A DNA stretch of 64,000 nucleotides from Patescibacteria group bacterium. Lineage in GTDB: Bacteria; Patescibacteriota; Minisyncoccia; Phycocordibacterales; UBA918. Made by a program: the position numbers and the translations under genes. Below, in pieces: positions 1 through 10,046 of this stretch. Each line of letters begins with the position of its first letter. Positions within the stretch are counted from its first letter, which is position 1. Location: the NCBI GenBank assembly GCA_019752815.1, contig JAIELQ010000007.1:115728-179727 (forward strand). Direction: 5' to 3'. The notes under the pieces are model-generated. The model ran no database searches. It was not told the origin of the DNA and worked only from the letters and a program-made list of their open reading frames with translations.

Positions 1-2224
1 TAATAGTGAGTGGTTTGATGCCGGGTTTGATTATAGACAACGCGTTCGAGTTGTTAACACCGATGCAAGTAGCTATGCTAGTACCGCCGTCAAGTTAACA
101 GTTGCTTACGATAGCAATATGCAATCGGACTTTGACGATTTACGATTTACCGCAGGCGACGGACTCACGACTGTACCATTCTGGATAGAGCGAGTCGTTG
201 CGAGTACCGAAGCTATAGTTTGGGTGCGTATGCCACTCTTGCCGGCAAATGATATCGGAACCGTATTTATGTACTATGGTAGTTCAACGGTAGGTAGTCA
301 GAGTAACGGACCGAGTACGTTTGATGCCTTTGATGATTTCGAGGATAACAACATTACAGAATACAGTGGTGATACTGGACTCTTCCAGACTGATACCGCT
401 CCAGTCTATGGTGGAACGTATGCACTTGAGGCCTTCAACAAGAGTGCTCGAACAACAGATGGTATCTTCCGAACATCTATGACGGTATCACAAGGACAGA
501 TTATTCGATGGATGCAGTATCTTGATACGACGGCCGGTTCAGGGGATGAGGCTTGTACTTTGTTTGGCGTGCAGTCACCAGGAACAAACAATAACAACTA
601 TGCAGTTTGTTTGGAACAGTTTGGTATAGATCGTATTGCAATTTCTCGAAATGTGAGTGATAACGATGTGTCGGGAACGGTGCTGGCCTCGACTACCGCT
701 ACATTTACCACTGGTTGGTATGAAGTCGAGGTTGATTGGCGTACCAATAATTCAATTAATGCCGTTGTCCGGACTGCTGCCGGTGCACTCGTTGCTACCG
801 CTTCAACAACTGATGCTACGTATACCAGTGGCGGTATTGGATTTAGTTTTTGGTTCCAAAATGGTGCTTGGGATAGTTATACAGCCAGACCACGAGCCTT
901 ACGGTCACCAGCAGTATTCTTTGGATCAGAACAAACAGATGGCGGGGCTACCTGGGAACGTGCACAAAACGTTGCTGGTAGTGGAGTGACGGGCGCAAAT
1001 AAACGGTTACGGTTTGCAATTGAAAACTCAGGATTGAATATTACTAATCAGACCTTCCGTCTGGAATATGCTCAAAAAGGAGTTGCTCCAAGTTGTGAAG
1101 CAGTCGGAAATGCTAATTACACGGCAGTTCCAAATCAAGCTTCGTGTGGCAGTTCTCCAGTTTGTATGCAGACATCCTCAAATCTGGTTGATAATGACCC
1201 AACAACAGATTTACTCGCGAGTACTTCCGGTGCTTTTGCGGCAGGTAAAGTTATTGAAAGTCCATCAAATGCAACGGTGTCTTACAACTTGAATCAGAAT
1301 ACATACACTGAACTTGAGTACGTTCTGACACCAACAATTAATGCGACGTCATCATATTGTCTACGGGTAACCAACGGGGGAACACCACTTGATTTCTACA
1401 ACAAAGTGGCTGAAATGAATCTTCAATTTGATCCGGTATTTGGACCAGTGTCTCTAAATGGAGGTAGTCCGATATTGCTTACGCCCGGCACTACCACGAG
1501 AATATTTGCAACGGGGACGGTGACTGATCTTAACGGATATACTGATTTGGTAGCCGGTAGTTCCACAATTTATCGAAGTGGAGTGGGGCCATTATGTTCG
1601 TCTAATACAAATAATTGTTACAAGGGAGAAACTTCAGCCAGTTCGTCGTGTTCATTTGTAAACTGTTCTGGTAATACCTGTACACTTTCATGTACTGCAG
1701 ATATATTCTTCAATGCTGAAGCGACTGACAATGTTCCGTTTACGGGAGAGGAGTGGTTAGCCTATCTTGAGGTTCGCGATGCGGGAGGTGCCTACGATTT
1801 TGAATCAGCGATTGGTGTTGAACTTATCACGTTGCGAGCAGCGGCCGTAAATAATGCTATTAACTATGGTTCACTCTCAGTAGCTGATAATACTGGAACA
1901 TTTAACCCAACTACTACTGTTTCAAACGTTGGTAACGTCAGCTTTAACATTGAATTACTTGGTACTGACTTAACCGATGGTGGCAGTTCACGCATTCCAG
2001 CAGAAGAGCAGCGATTTGCAACCTCTACTTTTAACTACAGTGCTTGTGTGAGTTGTGGAGTGATTTCAAGTACGACACCAGCTCTGCTGGCATTGGGATT
2101 AGCAAAACCAACGGTACCAAATCCACCGGTAACGGCGGCAGTGTACTGGGGAATTGCCGTGCCGGCAGGAGTTAATAGTGCACCACACTCTGGTATCAAC
2201 GTGTTCACACCAGTTTCGCCATAA
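1..2224 (+). CDS. Large secreted surface protein, 5' partial (reading frame is open to position 2). DUF2341-like N-terminus followed by concanavalin/LamG-like and Ig-like regions. Paralogue of 6886..8778.
   Basis: Translation upstream of the listed Met continues in frame to the window edge (..NSEWFDAGFDYRQRVRVVNTDASSYASTAVKLTVAYDSN-MQSDFDDLRFTAGDG..WVRMPLLPANDIGTVFMYYGSS). This matches the DUF2341 signature pattern (W.YR..I.I, D.RF, WVK.P.L, IY.YYGN). The C-terminal ~250 aa align with ORF 6886..8778 (NGGSPI.LT, RSGVG, NNCY, EQRFATS, WGIAVP). Confidence 0.7.
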   Translation, partial: NSEWFDAGFDYRQRVRVVNTDASSYASTAVKLTVAYDSNMQSDFDDLRFTAGDGLTTVPFWIERVVASTEAIVWVRMPLLPANDIGTVFMYYGSSTVGSQSNGPSTFDAFDDFEDNNITEYSGDTGLFQTDTAPVYGGTYALEAFNKSARTTDGIFRTSMTVSQGQIIRWMQYLDTTAGSGDEACTLFGVQSPGTNNNNYAVCLEQFGIDRIAISRNVSDNDVSGTVLASTTATFTTGWYEVEVDWRTNNSINAVVRTAAGALVATASTTDATYTSGGIGFSFWFQNGAWDSYTARPRALRSPAVFFGSEQTDGGATWERAQNVAGSGVTGANKRLRFAIENSGLNITNQTFRLEYAQKGVAPSCEAVGNANYTAVPNQASCGSSPVCMQTSSNLVDNDPTTDLLASTSGAFAAGKVIESPSNATVSYNLNQNTYTELEYVLTPTINATSSYCLRVTNGGTPLDFYNKVAEMNLQFDPVFGPVSLNGGSPILLTPGTTTRIFATGTVTDLNGYTDLVAGSSTIYRSGVGPLCSSNTNNCYKGETSASSSCSFVNCSGNTCTLSCTADIFFNAEATDNVPFTGEEWLAYLEVRDAGGAYDFESAIGVELITLRAAAVNNAINYGSLSVADNTGTFNPTTTVSNVGNVSFNIELLGTDLTDGGSSRIPAEEQRFATSTFNYSACVSCGVISSTTPALLALGLAKPTVPNPPVTAAVYWGIAVPAGVNSAPHSGINVFTPVSP

Positions 2225-2249
2225 GCGAGTGCTACAATAATAAAAATCT

Positions 2250-3689
2250 ATGCGCGCACTTTTGTTAATTATCATGTTGTTAATCCTCGGTACCGGTAAT
2301 TTTGTGCATGCCCAAAGTGATGACACAAAAGCTCCCGAGATTTCGAATGTAACCATTGGTACGACGACCGAAGAATCAGTAACGTTAACGTGGCAAACAA
2401 ATGAAAAGGCTGACTCGTCGGTGAACTACGGCCTGCAACCCGACTACGGTATTGTCCGTGTACCGGTAGCTGATAGAACAACGCACTCAGTCACTTTAAA
2501 CAACCTCGAACCGGGACGAGTCTATTATTTCCGGGTGGTGTCGGCTGATGCCGAAGGGAACCAGGGTATTTCTGCTGACTATAAAATCCAAACCGAAGGC
2601 ACTCCTGCCATTGGTGAAGGAGAGAGTGAGTCTGAGCCCGTTGAGGAAATCATTGAACAAATAAAACAAATTCAAAGCGTCCAAAAACTGCAAGAGATTG
2701 TTAATGAAACCATTAAAGCCATTCAGGGTATCTCAGAAGATCTCACGATTGTTGGTCCGCCAACGGTAATACCGGAAACTACCTCAGCCACCGTAAAATG
2801 GGTGACCGATCGTGAAGCTAGTTCGGAGGTGCAGTTTTCGCCGACACAAACGTTTTCAGGTAACTATAACTTCTCCCAATCATCAACGGGAGGAAACACC
2901 ACCGATCACGAAATTCGACTCATTGGACTTGAGCCATTTACCGAATACAGTTTCAAAGTTATTTCAACCGATACCTATAACATTACTGGAGAAAGTAGAA
3001 ATTATACCTTCCGTACCAAAGCCGCGTTGCCTGACATTCGTAATCTGCGCATCGTAAAAGTAGAGGAAAATGCAGCTACCTTAGCCTGGGATACGACGGT
3101 GCCAGCCAAAGCCTTGATTGAGTTTCAGGATTTAACCACCGGAGTGCAAAACTCAGTTGGTCGTCCTACGTTGGCTACGACGCACCAGATGCGTTTAGCT
3201 GATTTGACCCTGGGTACTCGCTATGTGGCCTTTGTGATTGCGGAAAACTCTGGTGGTGACCGGGTGCGCAGTCAGCCAATTCAATTCATTACGGTACGTG
3301 ATATTGCTCCGCCAATTATTACTAACGTGACTAATGAATCAACTATTTTCCCCGGCGGTGAGTCACGGATTCAAACCATTGTAGAGTGGAATACTGACGA
3401 ATCAGCCTCGTGTCTTATGACGTATCGTGAAGGGGTAGCGGGCGGGGTAGATCCAATTACGATTGAAAAGGAAAATGAACAATTCTCAACCACTCACGTG
3501 GAGGTAATTGTTGACTTCGCTCCGGCGACCGTCTATCAATTCTGGCTTAACTGTACTGATGAAGCAAAAAATACTATCCAGTCAGAAAACTTTGTGCTCT
3601 TTACCCCAATTCAAGAGAAAAACATTATCGATTTGATCTTGGAGAACTTCCAGAGTACCTTCGGTTGGGTTAAAAACATCACCAACTAA
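2250..3689 (+). CDS. Secreted multi-FN3 (fibronectin type III / PAP-N-like) repeat protein
   Basis: Signal peptide MRALLLIIMLLILGTGNFVHAQ. At least four FN3-like units with the pattern W.T.E...S.V.YG...Y......H.V.L..L.P.T.Y.FRV.S.D..GN. Acidic linker between units 1 and 2. Confidence 0.7.
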   Translation: MRALLLIIMLLILGTGNFVHAQSDDTKAPEISNVTIGTTTEESVTLTWQTNEKADSSVNYGLQPDYGIVRVPVADRTTHSVTLNNLEPGRVYYFRVVSADAEGNQGISADYKIQTEGTPAIGEGESESEPVEEIIEQIKQIQSVQKLQEIVNETIKAIQGISEDLTIVGPPTVIPETTSATVKWVTDREASSEVQFSPTQTFSGNYNFSQSSTGGNTTDHEIRLIGLEPFTEYSFKVISTDTYNITGESRNYTFRTKAALPDIRNLRIVKVEENAATLAWDTTVPAKALIEFQDLTTGVQNSVGRPTLATTHQMRLADLTLGTRYVAFVIAENSGGDRVRSQPIQFITVRDIAPPIITNVTNESTIFPGGESRIQTIVEWNTDESASCLMTYREGVAGGVDPITIEKENEQFSTTHVEVIVDFAPATVYQFWLNCTDEAKNTIQSENFVLFTPIQEKNIIDLILENFQSTFGWVKNITN

Positions 3690-3699
3690 AGCTTAAAAA

Positions 3700-3780
3700 C
3701 GGCGAACTTCTTTGTCAGGCTGCGGTAAAAGTTTTCTCACCGTACAAGAAGTACGGCTCGCAAACTTTTCCTTGCCTTTC
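3700..3780. repeat. 3'-UTR repeat family, copy A (core GCGAAyTTCT..GCGGTAAAAnTTTCnCTCACCGTAC-loop-GTACGGCTCGCAAAnTTTTCCTTGC)
   Basis: Aligns by eye with copies at 6681-6770 and 35470-35550. Contains the hairpin CCGTAC-AAGAA-GTACGG. Confidence 0.6.
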
Positions 3781-3917
3781 GCGAATTTCACTCGTTTTAA
3801 AGCTTTAGTGATAAGTAAGATATTGATTGCGTCGTCTGAAAAAATTAATGCAAATCTAATATACAAAACTGGGGAGTGAAGCTAAGAACTTGAAGGTAGC
3901 GTGGCATAATATAGTAA

Positions 3918-5240
3918 ATGGCAAAACCGCTCATTACGTGTCGAGATCTTTCGATTATTTATAACAAGGGGAAATCGAACGAGTTTCGGGCTCTTCAGAA
4001 TGTAAATACTGATATTTATGAAGGGGAGTATATTATTCTCTTCGGTGCGTCTGGTTCAGGGAAATCAACCCTGATGTATTCAATTCAAGGTTCACTTCCG
4101 CCCGGAGACGGTACGTTACTTATTCGTGGAGACGACATTTATTCGTATCCACCGTCTGAGCGCGTGTATTTCCAACGGTACGTGATGGGTATTATTTTCC
4201 AGTCGTTTAACTTGATTGGGTCGTTGTCAGTATTGGACAACGTGGCCTTGCCGATGATTTTCTGTGACGCTGATAAGGCAACTCGTAATCGTCGCGCGCA
4301 GTCACTTTTGGACCGTTTTGGGGTGGGGCACGTATCACATAAAATTCCTTCGATGCTCTCAGGAGGTCAGCAACAGCGTGTATCAGTAGCGCGTTCGATG
4401 GTGAACGACCCTAAGATTCTGTTGGCAGATGAACCAACTGGTAACCTCGACTCGGTTTCAACGCAGCAGGTTATGGATAAAATCGACGAGATTAATACGT
4501 TTGACCGTCGTACTATTATTATGGTGTCGCACAATGCGGCGCACTTAAGTTACGCCCACCGGGTGTACTATCTCAAAGACGGCTTTGTGGTGCGTGAAGT
4601 AGTAAACCCCCAGCGAAAACAAATTAAACCGGTACGAGAAGGGGAGACAATCGTAACCGAGCTCGAACAGCTCGCTCGGTTATTCCCGTATGACTCAGTG
4701 GATACACTGCGGGTGAAAAGTATGGTGAACTTCCTAACCCAGGACTACACTTTTAGCCAAATTAACCGTTTAGAACGGACGGTAGGACATTTCATTAAGG
4801 GTAAAATTGATACCGATGCTTTTATTAAAACGCTCATATTGCCAACGGAACAGGGTGGAATAGAGATGCCCGAAGCCACAGCCAAAAAAATGGCCAAACA
4901 AGCAGACTTAATGATTCATCAAGCTGATGATATTCGCCGTTTTAGAGCTAAAAAAGATAATACCGGGGTATTTTTTAGTCAGCACAAGCTCGCAGAACGC
5001 CTCAAAGACCATTTGCTGGGGGTGTACCGCATTAAGTTATCAAAAGACCAAGATACCAATCTCGTTGAATTGATTGCTGACCGGGTAACGGGTGTGTCTG
5101 ACGAACTAGAATTTAACAATCGACTAATGGCTGGTATTAGGTCTCGTGGTCTGGCGTTATCAGAAGGGGAGGCTGATGAGATCACGCGTTACTTTGAGAA
5201 ATTGATTGCGCAGGGTGTCGACGTATCGTACAAGAGTTAG
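3918..5240 (+). CDS. ABC transporter ATP-binding protein (MacB/LolD/FtsE-like) with a ~200-aa C-terminal extension
   Basis: Walker A GASGSGKST, Q-loop, signature LSGGQQQRVSVARSM, Walker B LLADEPTGNLD, H-loop VSHN. Residues ~230-440 have no ABC motifs. Confidence 0.85.
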   Translation: MAKPLITCRDLSIIYNKGKSNEFRALQNVNTDIYEGEYIILFGASGSGKSTLMYSIQGSLPPGDGTLLIRGDDIYSYPPSERVYFQRYVMGIIFQSFNLIGSLSVLDNVALPMIFCDADKATRNRRAQSLLDRFGVGHVSHKIPSMLSGGQQQRVSVARSMVNDPKILLADEPTGNLDSVSTQQVMDKIDEINTFDRRTIIMVSHNAAHLSYAHRVYYLKDGFVVREVVNPQRKQIKPVREGETIVTELEQLARLFPYDSVDTLRVKSMVNFLTQDYTFSQINRLERTVGHFIKGKIDTDAFIKTLILPTEQGGIEMPEATAKKMAKQADLMIHQADDIRRFRAKKDNTGVFFSQHKLAERLKDHLLGVYRIKLSKDQDTNLVELIADRVTGVSDELEFNNRLMAGIRSRGLALSEGEADEITRYFEKLIAQGVDVSYKS

Positions 5241-5365
5241 TCCGGTTTCCAAAATTTGCACATTGCGTTGTCGTCACTGCGGAACTTTTCGTTCCGTCGT
5301 ACGATGGTACGCCTATACGAAAAGTCCTTGTACTCCTAGCACTGTACTCAATTTTGAAAACCTCA
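5241..5365. repeat. 3'-UTR repeat family, copy B (TTCCAAAAtTTGCACATTGCGTTGTCG..CTGCGG.AC.TTTC..CCGTCGTAC-GAT-GGTACG..ACTCCTAGCACTGTACTCAATTTTGAAAA)
   Basis: Near-identical 5' and 3' modules to copy E (11161-11370). Lies between the ABC ATPase and permease genes. Confidence 0.6.
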
Positions 5366-5454
5366 ATACACATATTAATTATAGAATGAGTCATTAAAAT
5401 AAAACCTGTGGGTTGTATCAAGTTACAAATACTCCCTGTGTCATAATAGAGTAA

Positions 5455-6663
5455 ATGCGAATTCAAGACCTCGCCCAACTTTCGACGCGTATGTTCAAGA
5501 CTAACCCGTTGCGTACGTGGTTAACTATTTTAGGTATGGGTGTGGGGACTGGGGCAGTGGTTATTCTGGTAGGACTTGGATTTGGACTGCAGCAAATCAT
5601 TCTCGAACAAATTGTGTTCGGTGAGACACTATTGTCACTCGGTGTATCGGCTACTGGTGCTCAGAATCTTAAACTCACCACCGAAACCGTAACAGCTTTT
5701 GAAAAGAAGCCTGAAGTACTTGATGCGGCGCCTCTAGCGCGGTTTCCTGCCTTGGTAACGTATAAGGGTCTAACCGGGAACGTCTTTATTCAGGGGGTTG
5801 AACCGCCATATCTTCGCTATGCCGGAGTTTCAGCGACTGAAGGAACTGTATTTACTGATGCTGATGCAGGGGACACTAATTCAGTAATGTTGTCACCAGC
5901 CGTACTTAAACTCTTCGGGATTGATGATCCGGCTGCCTTTATCGGCCAGAAGGTAAGTTTCCGTTTGCTTATTCCCGCAGAAGATGGCACTGACACGAAT
6001 ACAGAAGTAGTGATTGATAAAGAGTATACTGTTCGCGGTATTACCAAAGAAGAAGGGGTATTAAATGCCATGATGATGTTGCCTGAACTACGAAACTATG
6101 TCGGTATTGAAGAATACGAACGCATTCAGGTGCGTGTTGATACCAATGAAAACTTACCACTTATTGAAAAGCAACTAATTGAAGAGGGGTACCGAGTAAC
6201 TGCGCTGTCTAAAACCGTAGAACAAGCGTCAAAAATTTTCCAGGGGGTGCAGGCGGTCCTGGCTACTTTTGGTGGAATTGCACTTTTGGTATCAGCGATT
6301 GGGATGTTCAATACCATGACGGTAACCCTGCTCGAGCGGACAAAAGAGATTGGAATCATGCGTACCATCGGTGCGTCACCTAATGACGTAAAATATTTAT
6401 TCGTGTCAGAATCAGTGGTGGTAGGTTTTATGGGTGGGCTTACTGGTGTGGCTATGGGGGTGACTTTGGGGCTGACCATTAATCTCTTTTTAAACGTCGT
6501 GGCCGGTCAATTTGGCGGACAATCAGTTAATCTTTTCTCATTTCCTTTAGGATTCCTCAGTTTCATTATTGTTTTCTCTGCGTGCGTGGGGTACCTAACC
6601 GGAATTTTTCCGGCACGGCGAGCGTCATCACTTAATCCCCTAGACGCCATTCGCTATGAATAG
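5455..6663 (+). CDS. ABC transporter permease, FtsX/MacB family
   Basis: N-terminal TM, large extracytoplasmic domain, then a C-terminal 3-TM FtsX domain (MFNTMTVTLLERTKEIGIMRTIGASPNDV...). Immediately downstream of the ABC ATPase. Confidence 0.8.
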   Translation: MRIQDLAQLSTRMFKTNPLRTWLTILGMGVGTGAVVILVGLGFGLQQIILEQIVFGETLLSLGVSATGAQNLKLTTETVTAFEKKPEVLDAAPLARFPALVTYKGLTGNVFIQGVEPPYLRYAGVSATEGTVFTDADAGDTNSVMLSPAVLKLFGIDDPAAFIGQKVSFRLLIPAEDGTDTNTEVVIDKEYTVRGITKEEGVLNAMMMLPELRNYVGIEEYERIQVRVDTNENLPLIEKQLIEEGYRVTALSKTVEQASKIFQGVQAVLATFGGIALLVSAIGMFNTMTVTLLERTKEIGIMRTIGASPNDVKYLFVSESVVVGFMGGLTGVAMGVTLGLTINLFLNVVAGQFGGQSVNLFSFPLGFLSFIIVFSACVGYLTGIFPARRASSLNPLDAIRYE

Positions 6664-6790
6664 TCTGGAACTCACAAGTGGCGAATTTCTGCGTTGTGCC
6701 GCGGTAAAATTTCGCTCACCGTATGAATATACGACTCGCAAAATTTTCCTTGCACGCCTTGAACTCCACTCACTTGAGAATCCCAGACAA
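6664..6790. repeat. 3'-UTR repeat family, copy C
   Basis: GCGAATTTCTGCG..GCGGTAAAATTTCGCTCACCGTAT-GAAT-ATACGACTCGCAAAATTTTCCTTGCACGCCTTG. Hairpin arms covary relative to copies A and F. Confidence 0.6.
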
Positions 6791-6885
6791 CGAAATAAGA
6801 TTTTATATTACAAAGAGTGAGTAAGTGTGTGTATAACTTGGGTATAGTTTGGGGGATATCAGCTAAAATGAAGTAGTAAATTATT

Positions 6886-8778
6886 ATGACGTACAACAAA
6901 CAAGAACTACCGCGGTATGTAGAGACCGCAGGAAAAATAACCGTTTTAACAGCATTAACAGGAGTATTAATCTTTGCCTTTGTTTTCATTTTAAACATTG
7001 GTAAAACCGAGTTACAAAAAGCCGAAGCTCAATCAGGGACGGCCACCACCACCCTAACCGTACTTAACACGCCGCCCGTATGGACGGTAGGTCAAGAAGG
7101 TCGTGAGGAAATTCCCTCATCAACCAGTACGCCAACCAACTCGGGTGATACGGTATCCTGGATTGGGCGAGCTACTGATGCAAACAACGCACCGTATTTC
7201 TTGATTGTGTGTAGTACCTCGGCCACACCAACTGCCCAACAGTCAACTTCTACCCTTGGAACCAACCCTCCAATATGTTCTGCCGGTACTCGCTTTGCTG
7301 TTTCTACCTCTACAGTCTCAGGACAGCAAGCTCGCGCTGCCACTACCACAACTGAAGTAGCTCCATTTTCTGAATCTAATGCCTGGTGGGCTTGGGTGTG
7401 TGACGATGACCCGGTTAATCCACGTTGCAGTACGACATCATCACAGGGCACCACCGCAACTAACTCCTCACCATTTAATGTCAATCGTCGTCCAGTATTT
7501 ACTACTTTTAACAACGGTGGACCAACTAATCCAGGTGGAACAGTTCAATTCTTATCCTCATCAACAGACCCTGACGTAGTTGATGCTGAAGACACCATTT
7601 TCCTTACTGTTTGTGGAAGTGCCGGTTTCAGTACAACAACCCTAAGTTGTACTGGCGTGACGGTTGCTTCGACATCAGTACCTGGTTCTTTGGCAAACGC
7701 TACAACTTCACGAGTATTGCCAGCGATTATTCAAGACGATAACAACTACGCAGCATTCCCATACGTTCATGATCAGCACGGTCACGTTGCTTCAGGAGGT
7801 GCTCAAGGTGTCAACGTGCCGTATACTGTCAGTAATGTAGCCCCGACCGTAGCAGGAGGTACGCTCAGTCTTAACGGAGGCTCACCGATAACTCTTACTA
7901 ACCCAGGTGCTCAAACCACAGGCTTCACGCTCGCATACACAGTCGCTGATGCTAATAGTTGTGATGCGGTTGGTGGAGGTAACGCTGATGAAATTACCGG
8001 TTATGTTGCGTCAGTATTTCGTTCTGGCGTAGGCACATCCACCTGTAACGGTTCAGCTGGTAGCTATAACCCAAATAACTGTTATCCGAGTGGTGTTGCC
8101 ACATCAACATGGAACTTAGCTTGTACCGCTTCAACTACCAGTTGTACTGCAGGAGGAGCTGATGACACTATCATTTACAATTGTACGTTCCCGCTTTGGT
8201 TCATTGCAGACCCAACCAACGGGACATCGACAGATACCAACTTCCACCTTCAACACTGGGCAGCTGGGGTAGCGGGTGTCGACAATAACAACGCTACCGG
8301 AAGTATGTCGACTTCGACAACACCGGTTGAGCTTAATAGTCTGGTGGCGATTGGTTTACAAACAAACTTGATTGCGTACTCACAACTCGAACCGGGAACT
8401 AACATGCCAACCCTCAGTGCATCAACAACATTGCGCGTACTTGGGAATACTGGTCTAAACCAATTACTCGGAGGAGATTCAATGTGTGGAACGTACTCAC
8501 CAGGTAACCCTTGTCCAGTTTCAGCTACAACTACTATCCCGCAATCAGAGCAGCGCTATGCGACTTCAGCAGTTGCGTATGGATCTGGAACACCACTACA
8601 ACCTACTTCAACACCAGGTCTGTTGCTTAACCAAATTCCAAAACCTACCAGTACCTCAACACCAGCCACTGGTCAAACATTCTGGGGTATCGCAGTACCT
8701 GGCTCGATTTCACTCGCTGGGTCTTATACAGGACAAAACACCTTCACTGGAGCGGTTTCTTCACCAGCCACCTGGTAG
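6886..8778 (+). CDS. Membrane-anchored Thr/Ser-rich surface protein, paralogue of the C-terminal half of ORF 1..2224
   Basis: N-terminal TM (ITVLTALTGVLIFAFVFIL). The C-terminal ~260 aa share colinear motifs with ORF1 (NGGSPITLT, FRSGVG, NPNNCY, EQRYATS, FWGIAVP). Confidence 0.6.
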   Translation: MTYNKQELPRYVETAGKITVLTALTGVLIFAFVFILNIGKTELQKAEAQSGTATTTLTVLNTPPVWTVGQEGREEIPSSTSTPTNSGDTVSWIGRATDANNAPYFLIVCSTSATPTAQQSTSTLGTNPPICSAGTRFAVSTSTVSGQQARAATTTTEVAPFSESNAWWAWVCDDDPVNPRCSTTSSQGTTATNSSPFNVNRRPVFTTFNNGGPTNPGGTVQFLSSSTDPDVVDAEDTIFLTVCGSAGFSTTTLSCTGVTVASTSVPGSLANATTSRVLPAIIQDDNNYAAFPYVHDQHGHVASGGAQGVNVPYTVSNVAPTVAGGTLSLNGGSPITLTNPGAQTTGFTLAYTVADANSCDAVGGGNADEITGYVASVFRSGVGTSTCNGSAGSYNPNNCYPSGVATSTWNLACTASTTSCTAGGADDTIIYNCTFPLWFIADPTNGTSTDTNFHLQHWAAGVAGVDNNNATGSMSTSTTPVELNSLVAIGLQTNLIAYSQLEPGTNMPTLSASTTLRVLGNTGLNQLLGGDSMCGTYSPGNPCPVSATTTIPQSEQRYATSAVAYGSGTPLQPTSTPGLLLNQIPKPTSTSTPATGQTFWGIAVPGSISLAGSYTGQNTFTGAVSSPATW

Positions 8779-8781
8779 TTA

Positions 8782-8990
8782 TAGAACTTCCAGAAAGGGC
8801 ACACTTCTTCGTTGGATAATAAAAAATACGCCTCAATGTACAAATGTACACCTCGGCGTATTTTTTATTATCCTTCTTACAGAAGCTGTCCACTCATTGG
8901 CCAGATTGTTTCTCAAGTTCACAACCTGGCTCAATGAGTCTTGCGGAAGCTTTGTGCTTCCTCACTCGAATTGTACTCCTTTCTGAAAGT
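8782..8990. repeat. 3'-UTR repeat family, copy D (long modular form)
   Basis: Starts AGAACTTCCAGAAAGGGCACA as in copies B/E. Shares an internal module (CTTCTTACAGAAGCTGTCCACTCATTGG ... CTCAATGAGTCTTG) and a 3' module (CACTC..TACTCCTTTCTGAAAG) with copy E. Confidence 0.55.
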
Positions 8991-9013
8991 CCCGTTACCT
9001 AATAAAAAACAAT

Positions 9014-9051
9014 AACCACCGTTATCAGACGGTGGTTGTTGCTTTTTGTTG
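9014..9051 (+). terminator. Rho-independent terminator
   Basis: AACCACCGT-TATCAG-ACGGTGGTT followed by GTTGCTTTTTGTTG. Confidence 0.6.
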
Positions 9052-9079
9052 AAATATTTTTGATAATAGTATCACCTGC

Positions 9080-10045
9080 ATGAAGTTAATTTTTGGAACA
9101 TCTCTTTTTCAACTAAGCGCGTTAGTTGTCATCTTATATTTTGCGTTTGGTACTTTGGTAGCGAGTGCTAGCTTCGGTATCACACCGCCGTATGTTCGCA
9201 ATACGAGTCTCACCCGTAACTCAACATATGAGCAACAAATTCTTTTGGTACGAGGAGACCCAAATATGCCCCTCAACGCACAGATTGTAGTTGATGCCCC
9301 TGAGATTCAAGACTGGATTGAAATCGTTGAAGGGACGACAATTTTACTTCCACGTGGTGAACAAAAAGTACCAATGACCGTACGGATTAAAGTACCGAGT
9401 GATGCTGACTATCGTGAGTACGAAGGTAAAATTCGTATCAGAACACAACCAACGAATGATCAGGTGGCTGATGGTGTGGTCAGTATTTCTCTTGGTGCCC
9501 AAGTTGATATCAACTTAAATGTTATCGATAGAGTCATTGAGGATTTTCGTGTGCGTAAAATTGATGTCTCAGATCTTGATGCAGGGCACAAATTAGGCTG
9601 GTTATTTTTCCCTGGAAAAATTAATTTTACGATGTCACTTGAAAACACAGGTAACGTAAACATTGCACCGTCAAAAGTGCAGTTCCGAATTTTTGATCGA
9701 ACTGGAGCAGTATTGCTTGAAGAGACACAACATACTGGTAAGCTTAAAAAAATTGCGCCATACGCCACTGAAGATGTGACCGCCCATCTACCTACCAGAC
9801 TTCCCGCTGGAAGTTACATGGCCCGATATGCGATTTATAACAACGATGAGGTTAAACAAGAAGGGGAGTTGAACTTAAGTATTCTCCCGTACGGTACGCT
9901 ACAAACTGCTGGTTATGGCTTTGGGGGGCTATCTATTCCACATAAAATCTCTATTTTGTTGCCACTCTTTGCCTTCATTATCATTGTGCTCTACGCCATT
10001 TACTATCGTCGCAAAGGCCGTAAAGACGATACCCTTATAAACTAG
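9080..10045 (+). CDS. Secreted two-domain beta-sandwich protein with C-terminal TM anchor and basic tail. Paralogue of 28503 and 29458 (architecture reminiscent of DUF916/DUF3324 cell-surface proteins).
   Basis: Signal/TM at the N-terminus. Motif W.EI..G...LP.G....P; a second domain has ENTGNVNI. C-terminal TM LLPLFAFIIIVLYAIYY plus RRKGRKDD. Confidence 0.55.
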   Translation: MKLIFGTSLFQLSALVVILYFAFGTLVASASFGITPPYVRNTSLTRNSTYEQQILLVRGDPNMPLNAQIVVDAPEIQDWIEIVEGTTILLPRGEQKVPMTVRIKVPSDADYREYEGKIRIRTQPTNDQVADGVVSISLGAQVDINLNVIDRVIEDFRVRKIDVSDLDAGHKLGWLFFPGKINFTMSLENTGNVNIAPSKVQFRIFDRTGAVLLEETQHTGKLKKIAPYATEDVTAHLPTRLPAGSYMARYAIYNNDEVKQEGELNLSILPYGTLQTAGYGFGGLSIPHKISILLPLFAFIIIVLYAIYYRRKGRKDDTLIN

Positions 10046-10046
10046 T

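Noticed and set aside
406-1292. Small ORFs antisense to or embedded in the large surface-protein genes (e.g. 406..597, 657..989, 1068..1292, and the many 60-150-aa minus-strand ORFs inside 22342..28497)
   Set aside because: They lie entirely within long, well-supported coding frames, have biased nonsense composition and lack start context. They are typical shadow ORFs.
5206-5397. 63-aa ORF after the ABC ATPase gene
   Set aside because: It lies wholly inside intergenic repeat copy B. The same sequence is non-coding in copy E.
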